A DNA stretch of 64,000 nucleotides from positions 787-64,786 of the forward strand of contig JBFKDW010000004.1 in assembly GCA_041619515.1 (NCBI GenBank), read 5' to 3'. A program made the position numbers and the translations under genes. Below are positions 26,966 through 36,291 of the stretch, in pieces (positions within the stretch are counted from its first letter, which is position 1; each line of letters begins with the position of its first letter). This DNA is from Acidimicrobiia bacterium (GTDB lineage Bacteria; Actinomycetota; Acidimicrobiia; Spongiisociales; SHLN01). Under the pieces are notes generated by a model. That model did not search any database. It was not told where the DNA came from and worked only from the letters and a program-made list of their open reading frames with translations.

Positions 26966-28747
26966 TTACGACGCCTCGACCGTGAGTGTCTGGTTGACCG
27001 GCACGTCGTCGAGGATTGTGACTTCCCCGTTCGGCCACTCGATGCGGAGCTCATCGACCACCGTGGCGTCGCCGAGGCCGAAGTGGGCTGAAAGCTCGCT
27101 CGTCGAGTTGAAGTTGGAGCAGCCGTTGATGGCGCGGGTGTAGGTGGCGGCGCCAACGGTTGCGCGCACCATGGCTCCAATCCCGTTGGGAGCGAGCGTC
27201 GGGTCGGCCCCGGTTTCGAGAAACACCCGCAGCCAGCTGGTTGCCGGCCCCGACAGATCGTTGCGGTAGAGGCGGAACTCGTCGTTGCTGGCCGTGATGG
27301 CGATGTCCTGGTCGCCGTCACCTTCGAGATCGAAGTTCACGACGCCCAGACCGTGGAGGGTGTGGACCGGCCCGGCCTCTGAAGCCACCTCGGTGAAGCC
27401 GCCGGTGCCGTCGGCGATCCAGGTGCGAGCCGGGTCCCCGACATAGGAGGGCAGGTCCCAGCCGTTGGTCTCGATGAGGTCGAGCCAGCCGTCGTGGTTG
27501 ATGTCGACGGCGACCGTTCCCCACCCCCAGCCTCCGTCGTCGACACCCGCCTCGGCTGCGACTTCGTCGAAGCTGTGGCTGCCCTGGTTGAGATACAGCT
27601 TGTTGCCTACCCCCCGGCCGACGTCGTCGAGGTCGAAGATGGCTGTGGCATACCAGTCGAGCATGCCGTCGTTGTTGAAGTCACCGACGGCCGAACCCAT
27701 GCCGTCTTCCTCCCGGCCGGTTCCCGAGCCGTCGGTGTGCTCGACAAACCTGGGTGGCTCACCGCGGGGCTCAAATCCGTCCGGATACTCGAATCCGCTC
27801 CCGTCCCCGATGTTGGCAAAATACCGGCTCGTCGAGAAGTCGCCCACGAGCAGAAGCTCGGGGTAGAAGTCCCCGCTGGTGTCGACCAGGCAGGCAGCGA
27901 AGCCGCGCACCCCGTCGTCGATGATCCCGGCCTCGTCGGTGATGTCCGTGAAGGTGCCGTCTCCGTTGTTCTCGAACAGACGGTTCCCCCGCGAGTTCCT
28001 TTGCCATCCGGGTACGAAGAGATCGAGGTCGCCGTCGAGATCGATGTCCCCGAACGCCGGCCCGAACCCGTCGTGGTCCGTCCTCGAAGTGGTGGTCACA
28101 CCGGCTTGGGCAGCGACGTTGGTGAACGTGAGGTCACCGTTGTTGCGATAGAGGCGATGGTCCCCGGGCGCGGCGCCGGTTTCAACCGACCCGTGGCTGG
28201 CGACGAATATGTCGAGCCAACCGTCGCCGTCGTAGTCACCTACCGCCACCGCCGAGCCCAAATGCAGGTCGGCCAGGCCGGCCTCGACGGTCCGGTCGGC
28301 GAAGGTCCCATCGCCCTGGTTGATGAACAGCGAGTCGGGGTTACGGCCCCCGCCGAGGACGAAGAGGTCGGAGTCACCGTCGTTGTCGAAATCCCCGACG
28401 CCGGCGCCACCCATCATGACCGCCGTGTCCTTGGAGAGCTCGACCTCGAGTGCCGAGAGAAAGCTCACCGCCACACCGGCCTCCCGGGTCACATCGGTGA
28501 ACAAGACCGTCCTCCCGCCGCCATCGACCCAGCCGACCGCCGGGCCCGGTGCGGGGCGGGTGGGCGATGAGCCGGTCGGCGGTGTCTGACCATCCCCGGT
28601 CGGTTCGGTGCCCGTCCCGTCGTCGGTGTCTTCGATCTGGGCGGGATCGACGGGGCTCGGGTCGGCCGAGCGGGTCACGCAGGCAGACGCCAGCACGGCA
28701 AGGGCGAGCAGAACCAGTACCGGCCCCAGCCTCCTCAAACCATTCAC
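26966..28747 (-). CDS. FG-GAP/VCBS-repeat ASPIC/UnbV (CRTAC1-like) lipoprotein
   Basis: Lipobox LASAC; repeated GDxDxDGxxDL motifs; C-terminal NGIGAMV...HFGLG...IEWPNG; GGAGG RBS before GTG. Confidence 0.88.
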   Translation of the reverse strand: MNGLRRLGPVLVLLALAVLASACVTRSADPSPVDPAQIEDTDDGTGTEPTGDGQTPPTGSSPTRPAPGPAVGWVDGGGRTVLFTDVTREAGVAVSFLSALEVELSKDTAVMMGGAGVGDFDNDGDSDLFVLGGGRNPDSLFINQGDGTFADRTVEAGLADLHLGSAVAVGDYDGDGWLDIFVASHGSVETGAAPGDHRLYRNNGDLTFTNVAAQAGVTTTSRTDHDGFGPAFGDIDLDGDLDLFVPGWQRNSRGNRLFENNGDGTFTDITDEAGIIDDGVRGFAACLVDTSGDFYPELLLVGDFSTSRYFANIGDGSGFEYPDGFEPRGEPPRFVEHTDGSGTGREEDGMGSAVGDFNNDGMLDWYATAIFDLDDVGRGVGNKLYLNQGSHSFDEVAAEAGVDDGGWGWGTVAVDINHDGWLDLIETNGWDLPSYVGDPARTWIADGTGGFTEVASEAGPVHTLHGLGVVNFDLEGDGDQDIAITASNDEFRLYRNDLSGPATSWLRVFLETGADPTLAPNGIGAMVRATVGAATYTRAINGCSNFNSTSELSAHFGLGDATVVDELRIEWPNGEVTILDDVPVNQTLTVEAS

Positions 28748-28875
28748 GAGAGTGTTCCCTCCACGGTGCCACCTACAAACTACCCGGTATTGGAGAATCC
28801 ACCCGACACGGCGCCGACGCGTTCGGTAAGGTTGGCACCGCAAGTTGGCGCGTTGGTAATAGGGGAGGTTGCCCG

Positions 28876-30057
28876 ATGGGCTCGAAGACTCTGATTCGGT
28901 TTCTGCTGGTAGCGATGGTGGGGTTCTTGCTGATTCCCATCGGCGGTGTTTCTGCCGATGTTGTGATCAACGACGACCACATTGTGAGCGGCAGCCAATG
29001 CGTCGGCCTCGACTGCGTGAACGGTGAGAGCTTCGGGTTCGACACCTTGCGGCTCAAGGAGAACAACCTCCGCATCCACTTCGACGACACGTCGACGTCG
29101 GCGAGCTTCCCGAAGAACGACTGGCGGATCGTCGCCAACGATTCGAGCAACGGTGGGGCCAGCTATCTGGCGTTCGAGGACGCCACGGCCGGCCGGCAAG
29201 TGTTCCGGGTCGAGGCCGGGGCCCCCGCCAACGCCCTGAGGGTCGCCAGCTCCGGCAATGTCGGGCTCGGGACCGGCAGCCCGGTGGTCGAGCTGCACGT
29301 CCTGGACGGTGACACACCGACGGTGCGTCTCGAGCAGGACGGCTCGAGCGGCTTCACCCCGCAGACCTTCGACATCGCCGCCAACGAGACCAACTTCTTC
29401 ATTCGTGACGTGACCAACGCCTCCAGGCTGCCGTTCCGCATCCGGCCGGGCGCTCCTACCAGCTCGATCGACGTTGCGAACGACGGGGACATCGGGTTCG
29501 GCGTGCAGAGCCCGACTGCATCACTGCACCTCCAGCGCAGCAACGACACGGCGAAGCTGCTGATCAAGGACACCGGTACCGCCAACAACCACATTCAGAT
29601 CCAGCTCGAAGCTGTGAAGAATCCCCTGATTTCGTTCGTCGACACCGACAACGCTGTCACCTGGAACGCAGGGCAGACCGGCAATGGCTTGTTCGCCTTC
29701 AACCAGACGACCAACGCCGGAAACGAAGTGGTCTTCGACGGCAACGGCAACGTGACGATTCTCGGGACCCTCACGACAGGATCGTCCACCGTCTATCCCG
29801 ACTACGTCTTCGACCCCGACTACGACCTGTGGTCGCTCGACAAGCTGGCGGCCTTCATCGGGGCTGAAGGGCACCTGCCCGGCATCGCCACCGCCGAGGA
29901 CGTGGCGGCAGCCGGAGGGGTCAACATCAGCGAGCTGCAGATCCAGCTGCTCGAGAAGATCGAGGAGCTGACGCTGTACACCATCCAGCAGCAGGAGCAG
30001 ATCGACGATCTGGAAGCGAGACTGGCAGCGCTAGAGGCCGCCATCGCGGGCTCCTAG
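28876..30057 (+). CDS. Secreted protein with C-terminal tail-fibre chaperone (peptidase S74-like)/coiled-coil region
   Basis: Signal peptide ending VSA|D; GNVGLGT-type repeats; PDYVF...HLPGI...LLEKIEELTLYTI plus coiled coil; GGGGAGG RBS. Confidence 0.8.
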   Translation: MGSKTLIRFLLVAMVGFLLIPIGGVSADVVINDDHIVSGSQCVGLDCVNGESFGFDTLRLKENNLRIHFDDTSTSASFPKNDWRIVANDSSNGGASYLAFEDATAGRQVFRVEAGAPANALRVASSGNVGLGTGSPVVELHVLDGDTPTVRLEQDGSSGFTPQTFDIAANETNFFIRDVTNASRLPFRIRPGAPTSSIDVANDGDIGFGVQSPTASLHLQRSNDTAKLLIKDTGTANNHIQIQLEAVKNPLISFVDTDNAVTWNAGQTGNGLFAFNQTTNAGNEVVFDGNGNVTILGTLTTGSSTVYPDYVFDPDYDLWSLDKLAAFIGAEGHLPGIATAEDVAAAGGVNISELQIQLLEKIEELTLYTIQQQEQIDDLEARLAALEAAIAGS

Positions 30058-30147
30058 CTCGGTACGGGAGGGGGAAGAGGTGATCGGCATGACCACCGAT
30101 CTCAGGATCGTACCGAGCATCCCGCTCGCGGGACGAAAGGACCACAG

Positions 30148-33039
30148 ATGAGGCGGAAACTAGGACTTCTATTCAGCTCACCCTCCATCCGTCCCGGCGG
30201 GCACCCGGCTGCGGGTCCCCGCCGGAGATGGGGCTTGGTGTTCGCAGTCTCAATGGTGGCTGCGCTCCTCGTACCGATTTCGGGCGCGTTCTCGCAAACA
30301 CCGCCCCCACCGGAGTGCAACGGCCTTCCGGCCACGATCATCGGCACGGCGGGAGACGACAACCTCAGCGGAACCGCCGGCGATGACGTCATCGTCGGTC
30401 TTGGCGGTAACGACACCATCAGCGGCAAAGCGGGAGACGACACCATTTGCGGCGGTGACGGCGACGACAATCTCGATGGCAACGCCGGCAACGACTACAT
30501 CGCCGGTGGCGATGGTGATGACAACATCAACGGCAACAACGGCGACGACTACCTCGACGGTGGTGGTGACGATGACAAGATCAGTGGAAACAACGGAAGC
30601 GACACACTGATCGGACGCAGCGGCACCAACACGCTCGATGGTGGCAACGGGATCGATACCTGCGACGTCGGTGAGGACGGCACCGAGAGGCGGTGCGAGA
30701 ACGATCGTCCGGTGGCCAATCCGGTGAGCGTGGACGCAGTCGAGGACGGGCCGCCCGTGGACGGGAACTTCGACGGGAGCGACCCGGACGGGGTGGTCGT
30801 TACCTATTCCATCCTGACGGCTCCGGCCGAGGGCAGCGTCGTCAACAACAACGACGGCACGTTCACATTCGACCCGGGTGGCGACTTCCAGGATCTCATG
30901 GACGGTGAGACCCGGGACGTGAGCTTCGACTACGAGGCCGTGGATGTGCTCGGGGCCGCCAGCGACCCTGCCACTGTCACGGTGACGGTCACCGGTGTCG
31001 ACGACCTGGTCGATGCCGTCGACGACGCCTACAGCACCGACGAGGAGACCACCCTCGCGGTGCCAGCACCCGGTCTGCTGGCAAACGACGACCTCGGGGA
31101 CGGGACCGGTGCGGTCACCCCGGTTGTCGACGGCCAGACCTCGCTGGGCGGTGGGCTCGACGTGGCAGCCGATGGCTCCTTCACGTTCGATCCCGACGGG
31201 CAGTTCGAGTACCTGGCCGCGGGTGAGGGGGCCGACGCCACCTTCGAATACGAGCTCAGCGATACCGCCTCGTCGGACATCGCCACGGTGACGATCACCG
31301 TCGAGGGCGTCAACGACACCCCCACCGCCGACGGCCAGTTCGTGTCCAACACGGCGGCGACCTTCTCGATCACGCTGACCGGAAGCGACCCCGATTCGAG
31401 CGATGATCTCGATTTCTCGATCGTTTCGGGCCCGCCGGCGGGCGAAGGGACGCTCGGGGCAGTTGTCAATAGCAACGGGACGTGCGCGCCGGCGGGTAGC
31501 TGCACGGCGACGGACAAGAACTCGGCCACAGTGGAGTACACCAGGCCGGAGAACAGCGGCGCCGTGTTCACGACGTTCACCTTCGAAGTGGACGACACCA
31601 ACGGGGGCACCGCCACCGCCGTCGTGACGATCAACCCCGAGCTCGACCCGACGCCGGAGCCGAATGCGGACCCGCCCGGTGTGGAAGGTGTGGACGCGAC
31701 AGACGAGGACGTGGAGACGCTCACCGACGTTGCGGTGGATCTCATCGTGTCGGCAGCCACCGATGCTCCGGGCGACCTCCAGTTCGGCCTCGAATCGGGG
31801 CCGACCGGCGGGGTCCTGTCCGCCTTCACGCCGATCGACCCGGACGGGGCCGGCCCGTTGGCGGTGCGCAGCGCCTCTGCGACCTACACGCCGCCGACCG
31901 GTGCGACCGGCACGTTCTCGTTCGAGTTCCGGGCGGCCGAGGTCGGTAATCTCTCCAACTTCGACGTCGCCACGGTGACCATCAGGGTTGACGATCCTGC
32001 GCCGCCGGTGCCGCCCGTGCTGAGCTCTCAGCTGGCGACGACCCCGGTGGACACGGGAGTCGAGATCGACCTGGCGTCCGCTGCCACCCCACAGGCGGCC
32101 GAGCCCGATCTGCGGGGGACGCCGAGCGCCGGGCCGGACCTCGTGGTGGAGAGCCTGACCCATAGTCCGCTGCGGCCGCTCGACACCGATGAGATCACGT
32201 TCACCGTTGTGGTGAAGAACATCGGCGGGGCGACCACCGGGGTGGGTTCCACCCTTTCGTTGGAGATTCCAATCTCCAACCAAGGGTTCGGATATGTCGC
32301 AGGGACCACGCACCCGATCCCGGTCCTGGCAGCCGGGGCCTCGGAGACGATCGTACGGACGGTGACCGTCGCCGACGAGTGCTTCTCCCCGGGATTGTGC
32401 AATGCCCCGAGCTCGGCGTTTGCCTTCGCCGATATCGACAACGACGTAGCAGAGCTGGATGAGTCCAACAACGCGAAGTTCGACCCCTTCACCGTCTACG
32501 GGGCGGGCGATGTGGCGCAACCCGGGTTCCAGTACACCATCATCTCGCTGCCGGACGAGGGTCAGCTGCTGATCGACGGGGTTGCAGTCGTTTCGACGCC
32601 GGCGGTGGTGGACCGTGCGGTCGTCACCTACGACCCGCCGTCGGGCTTCGCCGGGACGGCGAGCTTCGAATACAGGCTGGAGGACCTGGCAAGTGAGCTG
32701 TCGGCCACGACCACCGTGTACGTCCAGGTTGGCGAAGTCGCCGGATTGGCGGCCAACCTCACCCTGGACTTCGTTGGGACCGGGACCGGCACGGTCACCA
32801 CGACCGGAAACCAGCAGTGCACCGGAAACGACCCCGTATTCGACCTGGACGGCAACCAGATCGGCGAGGTTCCGTGCTCGCTGGACTTCTCCGCCGGGGT
32901 GGTCACGCTCAACGCCCGGCCGGATCCGGGATGGGTGTTCAACGGATGGGGCGGCGACTGTGCCGGATTCGAGTTCCGGCTGCGCGTGCCTCTGCCCGCA
33001 GCCTGCACGGTGGAATTCGGCCCTCCGATAATCGGCTGA
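30148..33039 (+). CDS. Large secreted Ca-binding adhesin-like protein (RTX-type GGxGxD repeats, VCBS/cadherin-like, Ig-like, CARDB-like)
   Basis: CNGLPATIIGT, repeated GGDGDD/GxxGND, NNNDGTFTFDP...FQDL, AVDDAYSTDE, PDLVVESL...VAELDESNN, FNGWGGDC. Confidence 0.85.
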   Translation: MRRKLGLLFSSPSIRPGGHPAAGPRRRWGLVFAVSMVAALLVPISGAFSQTPPPPECNGLPATIIGTAGDDNLSGTAGDDVIVGLGGNDTISGKAGDDTICGGDGDDNLDGNAGNDYIAGGDGDDNINGNNGDDYLDGGGDDDKISGNNGSDTLIGRSGTNTLDGGNGIDTCDVGEDGTERRCENDRPVANPVSVDAVEDGPPVDGNFDGSDPDGVVVTYSILTAPAEGSVVNNNDGTFTFDPGGDFQDLMDGETRDVSFDYEAVDVLGAASDPATVTVTVTGVDDLVDAVDDAYSTDEETTLAVPAPGLLANDDLGDGTGAVTPVVDGQTSLGGGLDVAADGSFTFDPDGQFEYLAAGEGADATFEYELSDTASSDIATVTITVEGVNDTPTADGQFVSNTAATFSITLTGSDPDSSDDLDFSIVSGPPAGEGTLGAVVNSNGTCAPAGSCTATDKNSATVEYTRPENSGAVFTTFTFEVDDTNGGTATAVVTINPELDPTPEPNADPPGVEGVDATDEDVETLTDVAVDLIVSAATDAPGDLQFGLESGPTGGVLSAFTPIDPDGAGPLAVRSASATYTPPTGATGTFSFEFRAAEVGNLSNFDVATVTIRVDDPAPPVPPVLSSQLATTPVDTGVEIDLASAATPQAAEPDLRGTPSAGPDLVVESLTHSPLRPLDTDEITFTVVVKNIGGATTGVGSTLSLEIPISNQGFGYVAGTTHPIPVLAAGASETIVRTVTVADECFSPGLCNAPSSAFAFADIDNDVAELDESNNAKFDPFTVYGAGDVAQPGFQYTIISLPDEGQLLIDGVAVVSTPAVVDRAVVTYDPPSGFAGTASFEYRLEDLASELSATTTVYVQVGEVAGLAANLTLDFVGTGTGTVTTTGNQQCTGNDPVFDLDGNQIGEVPCSLDFSAGVVTLNARPDPGWVFNGWGGDCAGFEFRLRVPLPAACTVEFGPPIIG

Positions 33040-33045
33040 CGAGCG

Positions 33046-33071
33046 GGTGCCCGGGCTTCGGCCCGGGCACC
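33046..33071 (+). terminator. Perfect 11-bp GC hairpin with a UUCG tetraloop after the adhesin gene
   Basis: GGTGCCCGGGC-TTCG-GCCCGGGCACC, 6 nt after the stop; weak U-tract. Confidence 0.75.
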
Positions 33072-33156
33072 GTTCTCGTCATCGACCCGATCGCGATCCC
33101 GGGCGTCAGACGTATCCGGGTGGCCTATGCTTGGAAGACCCGACGAGAGGTTTCAC

Positions 33157-33339
33157 GTGATTGGCGCAGTAGTCGGCTGGCCCGAGATCATCATCATTCT
33201 CGTCGTCCTCCTCGTCTTGTTCGGCGCCAAGCGCCTGCCCGACCTAGCCCGTTCGCTCGGGTCCTCGGTGAAAGAGCTCCAGAAGGGCATGGAGGAGGGG
33301 CTGGCAGAAGACGAGGAGTCCGAGGAAACCAAGGGTTAG
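33157..33339 (+). CDS. tatA: Twin-arginine translocase TatA/TatE subunit
   Basis: GWPEIIIILVVLLVLFGAKRLPDLARSLG; GAGAGG RBS before GTG. Confidence 0.93.
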   Translation: MIGAVVGWPEIIIILVVLLVLFGAKRLPDLARSLGSSVKELQKGMEEGLAEDEESEETKG

Positions 33340-33516
33340 CAGCCGCCACCCAGACGCGACCGAGAGACGGGCCGTATGGGGAGGAGCCCGTCTCTCAGTT
33401 CGTCTCAGAACCCGATCAGGAGAGGATTCTCCATTGTTCCGAGTCGCCAACGGTGGCGATACGTGCACAAGTATCGGTCGCTCGCATGGTGCGTCCCAGG
33501 GCCGAAAGTCCCTGTC

Positions 33517-33996
33517 TCAGGTGAACAGCAGCTGGGCTCCTTCCGAGATCTCGATGAACTCGCCGGCCGAGATGACGGCTTCGACGCTCTCGTGGAAATC
33601 CTTCTCCTCGAGATCGAGCATGTCCACGGTCATCCGGCACGCCCACAGGTGGGCGCCCATGTCCGACAGCATCTCGACGAACTCCTCGATGTCGGGAACG
33701 TCGAGATCGTGAATCTTCTTCTTCATCATCCTGGTGGCGACCGGCTGCATGCCGGGCATGGGGGCGACGGCCTGGGGCATTCCCATCGACGGATTCCCGA
33801 CCGGCGTGACCGGAAGGTGGCCCATCTTCTTCTCCGTGATCACGTCGAGCCCCCAGAAGGTGAAGAAGAGGTGAGTCTCGATCCCTTCAGCGAGGGCGGC
33901 GTTTGCCATGATCAGGCTGGGGTACGCTCCATCCAGGGTGCCTTTGCTGACGATGATGCAGAGCTTGCGATCTGAGTCATCTGCGAACTTGTCCAT
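33517..33996 (-). CDS. DsrE2-like (DsrE/DsrF/DrsH family) sulfur carrier
   Basis: IIVSKGTLD, LFFTFWGLD, WACRMTVDM. Confidence 0.9.
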   Translation of the reverse strand: MDKFADDSDRKLCIIVSKGTLDGAYPSLIMANAALAEGIETHLFFTFWGLDVITEKKMGHLPVTPVGNPSMGMPQAVAPMPGMQPVATRMMKKKIHDLDVPDIEEFVEMLSDMGAHLWACRMTVDMLDLEEKDFHESVEAVISAGEFIEISEGAQLLFT

Positions 33997-34023
33997 TGCT
34001 TCTCCTCGCTCGTGGTCTCGCCG

Positions 34024-34341
34024 CTACACGCAGCCCTTTGGCTTGGGGACTCCGGCCACGTAGCTCATCTTCTTTGCCGGCTTCTTGGGGAACAGCTGAA
34101 ACAGCTGTTTGGTGGGTACGCCCGTCTCGGTGGAAACCCGGCGAAGGGTCGGGCTTTCGCCCTTGGTCGCGAAATCGGTGCGGCAGAACTTGATGACCGT
34201 CCAGTGGTCTTCGGTCAATTCGTCGACGCCGACCTGCGATGCCAGCTCCACCGCCATGTCCTCGGCCCAGGCACCCGGATTGAGGAAGAACCCCTCTTCA
34301 TCGACCTGAACGTCTTTGCCTGCGATTGTCTCGATTGCCAT
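34024..34341 (-). CDS. TusE/DsrC/DsvC family sulfur relay protein (single C-terminal Cys)
   Basis: VDEEGFF, LTEDHW, LFP, AGVPKPKGCV C-terminus. Confidence 0.92.
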   Translation of the reverse strand: MAIETIAGKDVQVDEEGFFLNPGAWAEDMAVELASQVGVDELTEDHWTVIKFCRTDFATKGESPTLRRVSTETGVPTKQLFQLFPKKPAKKMSYVAGVPKPKGCV

Positions 34342-34351
34342 CTGTCCCTCC

Positions 34352-35053
34352 TTAAGGGTGTTGTCGGCTGGTTGGTGGTTTGGGATCTTCGCCCCCCATG
34401 GTGCGGAGCACCCCGAGGAGGCGGGCCAGGCCGCGCTTGACCTCAGGGTCCCGCATCTGGCGGGCGATCCTGAACAGGGAGGCCGATTCGACGTCGGTTC
34501 GTTCGATCGAATCGACGGTCCGGCGCAGCATGGTCATGATCTCAGGCTGGGTCATCTGCTTGACCGTGTCGAGGATGAGCACGATGTTGTCCCCGAGCGC
34601 CCGGATGTCGTCCGCGTCGTAGGTGGTGACGACCCGGTCCACGACTCCGAGCCCTTCGCGGACGAACGTGAAGTACCCGCGATCTTCGAGCTCGGCCAGC
34701 TGCCGGATGATCGCCGCAACGGCGTCACCGCTGAGGGGCATGATGTCCTCCACCAGCCCGTGGGCCGATTGCAGCTGGGCCAGCGCGGAGTCGAGGACGG
34801 CGGCGCTCTCGGCGAGCCGTTTGAGCAACCGCGTCACCTCGGCCATGTCCAGATCGGTCGTGGACAGCTCGGCAGTCAGGGTCGCGACGGCTTCGGTGGC
34901 GACAGGGCTCAGGTCCACGATCAGCTCGCGCCACATCTCGCGCTGCTCGGCTTGTTCCTGGGCCCGGGCGGTGAGGTAGCCAACCTGCTCGGTCAAGCGG
35001 TCCAGCTTGGCGTCGAGCTCGGAGAGCCGGTCGGTGTCGAATGCGGTGGTCAT
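34352..35053 (-). CDS. DUF1641 domain-containing helical protein
   Basis: LEDRGYF, LGDNIVLILDTVK, MRDPEVKRGL; coupled to the SQR gene. Confidence 0.8.
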   Translation of the reverse strand: MTTAFDTDRLSELDAKLDRLTEQVGYLTARAQEQAEQREMWRELIVDLSPVATEAVATLTAELSTTDLDMAEVTRLLKRLAESAAVLDSALAQLQSAHGLVEDIMPLSGDAVAAIIRQLAELEDRGYFTFVREGLGVVDRVVTTYDADDIRALGDNIVLILDTVKQMTQPEIMTMLRRTVDSIERTDVESASLFRIARQMRDPEVKRGLARLLGVLRTMGGEDPKPPTSRQHP

Positions 35054-36291
35054 GCGCCCACCTCCTCCCGGATCTTGCCGGCCAGAGACATGCGGGCTTC
35101 CAGGGGCAGGTCACGTCCCGGGAGCAGCATGTTCCAATAGGTCCACTTGAACATCATCTTGCCCCAGTGGTTGGCTTCGGTCTCCTTGAGGAGCGAGAAC
35201 GGGCCGATTCCCGGGAGCGGGTACTTCCCGGGGAGGGGCTCGGTGTCGTAGTTGAAATCGATCAGGAGCCCCTTGCCGAACCCGGATTCGATGAAGCAGT
35301 TGGCATGCCCGTCGAACAGCTCGGTCATCGGCCGCCCTTCGATGTGATTGGGGAAGTTCGCGGCGAACATGTCGACCGCGAAGTGGGCAACCGAGCCCGC
35401 CTTCGAGGTCGGGAGGTCGGCGGCATCGCCGAGAGCGAAGATGTTGTCGTGGTCGTTGGACAAGAACGTGTGCTTGTCGACGGGGACGTGGTTCAGCTCG
35501 TCGCCCAGCCCAGACCGGGCAACGAAGTCGGCGCCCATGTTGACGGGAATCACGACCAGCAGGTCGTAGGGGATCTCGCGTTCGTCGTATGAGATGATCA
35601 CCTTGCGCTCTGGATCTACCCCCTCGGGGTAGTAGTCGGTCTCGACCGCGATGTTCTTGCTGTCGAGGACTCCGGACAGGTGCCTGGCAGCCACCGGTTT
35701 GGTGAATGCCTCGGAAGTGACCGTCGAGTACGTGATATCGACCTTGTCCCGGATGCCTTGCTCGTGGAAGTACCAGTCGGCCAGAAAGGTGAACTCGAGG
35801 GGGGCCACCGGGCATTTGAACGGAAGTTCCATCACGCTCACCACCAGCTTGCCGCCCTCCCAATTCTTGAGGGCCTCCGCCAGCGCGATGGCCCCGTCGA
35901 GGGTGTAGAAGTCGTGGACGCTGCTGCGCCACTCGCTGCCGATCAGCCCCGGGGTCATGTCGGGACGCGGCTCGGTGCCGGTGGCAATCACGAGCTGGTC
36001 GTATTCGAGGACATTCCCGCCGCCCAGGTGTACCCGGCCGGCCTCCGGATCGACCCGCTCGATTTCGGAGACTACGAGGTCGACCCCGGATGGGATGAAC
36101 CGCTTCTTCGGCTTGACCACGTCGCCCCGGCTGTAGATCCCGAACGGGATGAACAGGAAGCCGGGCTGGTAGTAGTGGATCTCATCCTGGTCGACGATCG
36201 TGATCTGCCATTCGTCACTCAGGACGGGACGCAGCTTGTTGACGACCATCGTTCCGGCGGTGCCGGCGCCGAGGACGACGAGTTTCTTCAC
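35050..36291 (-). CDS. sqr: Sulfide:quinone oxidoreductase (type III-like FAD oxidoreductase)
   Basis: VVLGAGTAG, YYQPGFLF, KCPVAPLE, GDAADLPTSKAGSVAH, FDGHANCFIE; AAAGGAG RBS before GTG. Confidence 0.88.
   Translation of the reverse strand: MKKLVVLGAGTAGTMVVNKLRPVLSDEWQITIVDQDEIHYYQPGFLFIPFGIYSRGDVVKPKKRFIPSGVDLVVSEIERVDPEAGRVHLGGGNVLEYDQLVIATGTEPRPDMTPGLIGSEWRSSVHDFYTLDGAIALAEALKNWEGGKLVVSVMELPFKCPVAPLEFTFLADWYFHEQGIRDKVDITYSTVTSEAFTKPVAARHLSGVLDSKNIAVETDYYPEGVDPERKVIISYDEREIPYDLLVVIPVNMGADFVARSGLGDELNHVPVDKHTFLSNDHDNIFALGDAADLPTSKAGSVAHFAVDMFAANFPNHIEGRPMTELFDGHANCFIESGFGKGLLIDFNYDTEPLPGKYPLPGIGPFSLLKETEANHWGKMMFKWTYWNMLLPGRDLPLEARMSLAGKIREEVGA

Noticed and set aside
28876-30057. Prophage remnant suggested by the tail-fibre-like domain
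   Set aside because: The protein has a signal peptide and there are no other phage genes around it.
34024-34341. DsrC as a marker of dissimilatory sulfate reduction or reverse Dsr
   Set aside because: It lacks the second conserved C-terminal Cys and no dsrAB/dsrMK genes are in the window.
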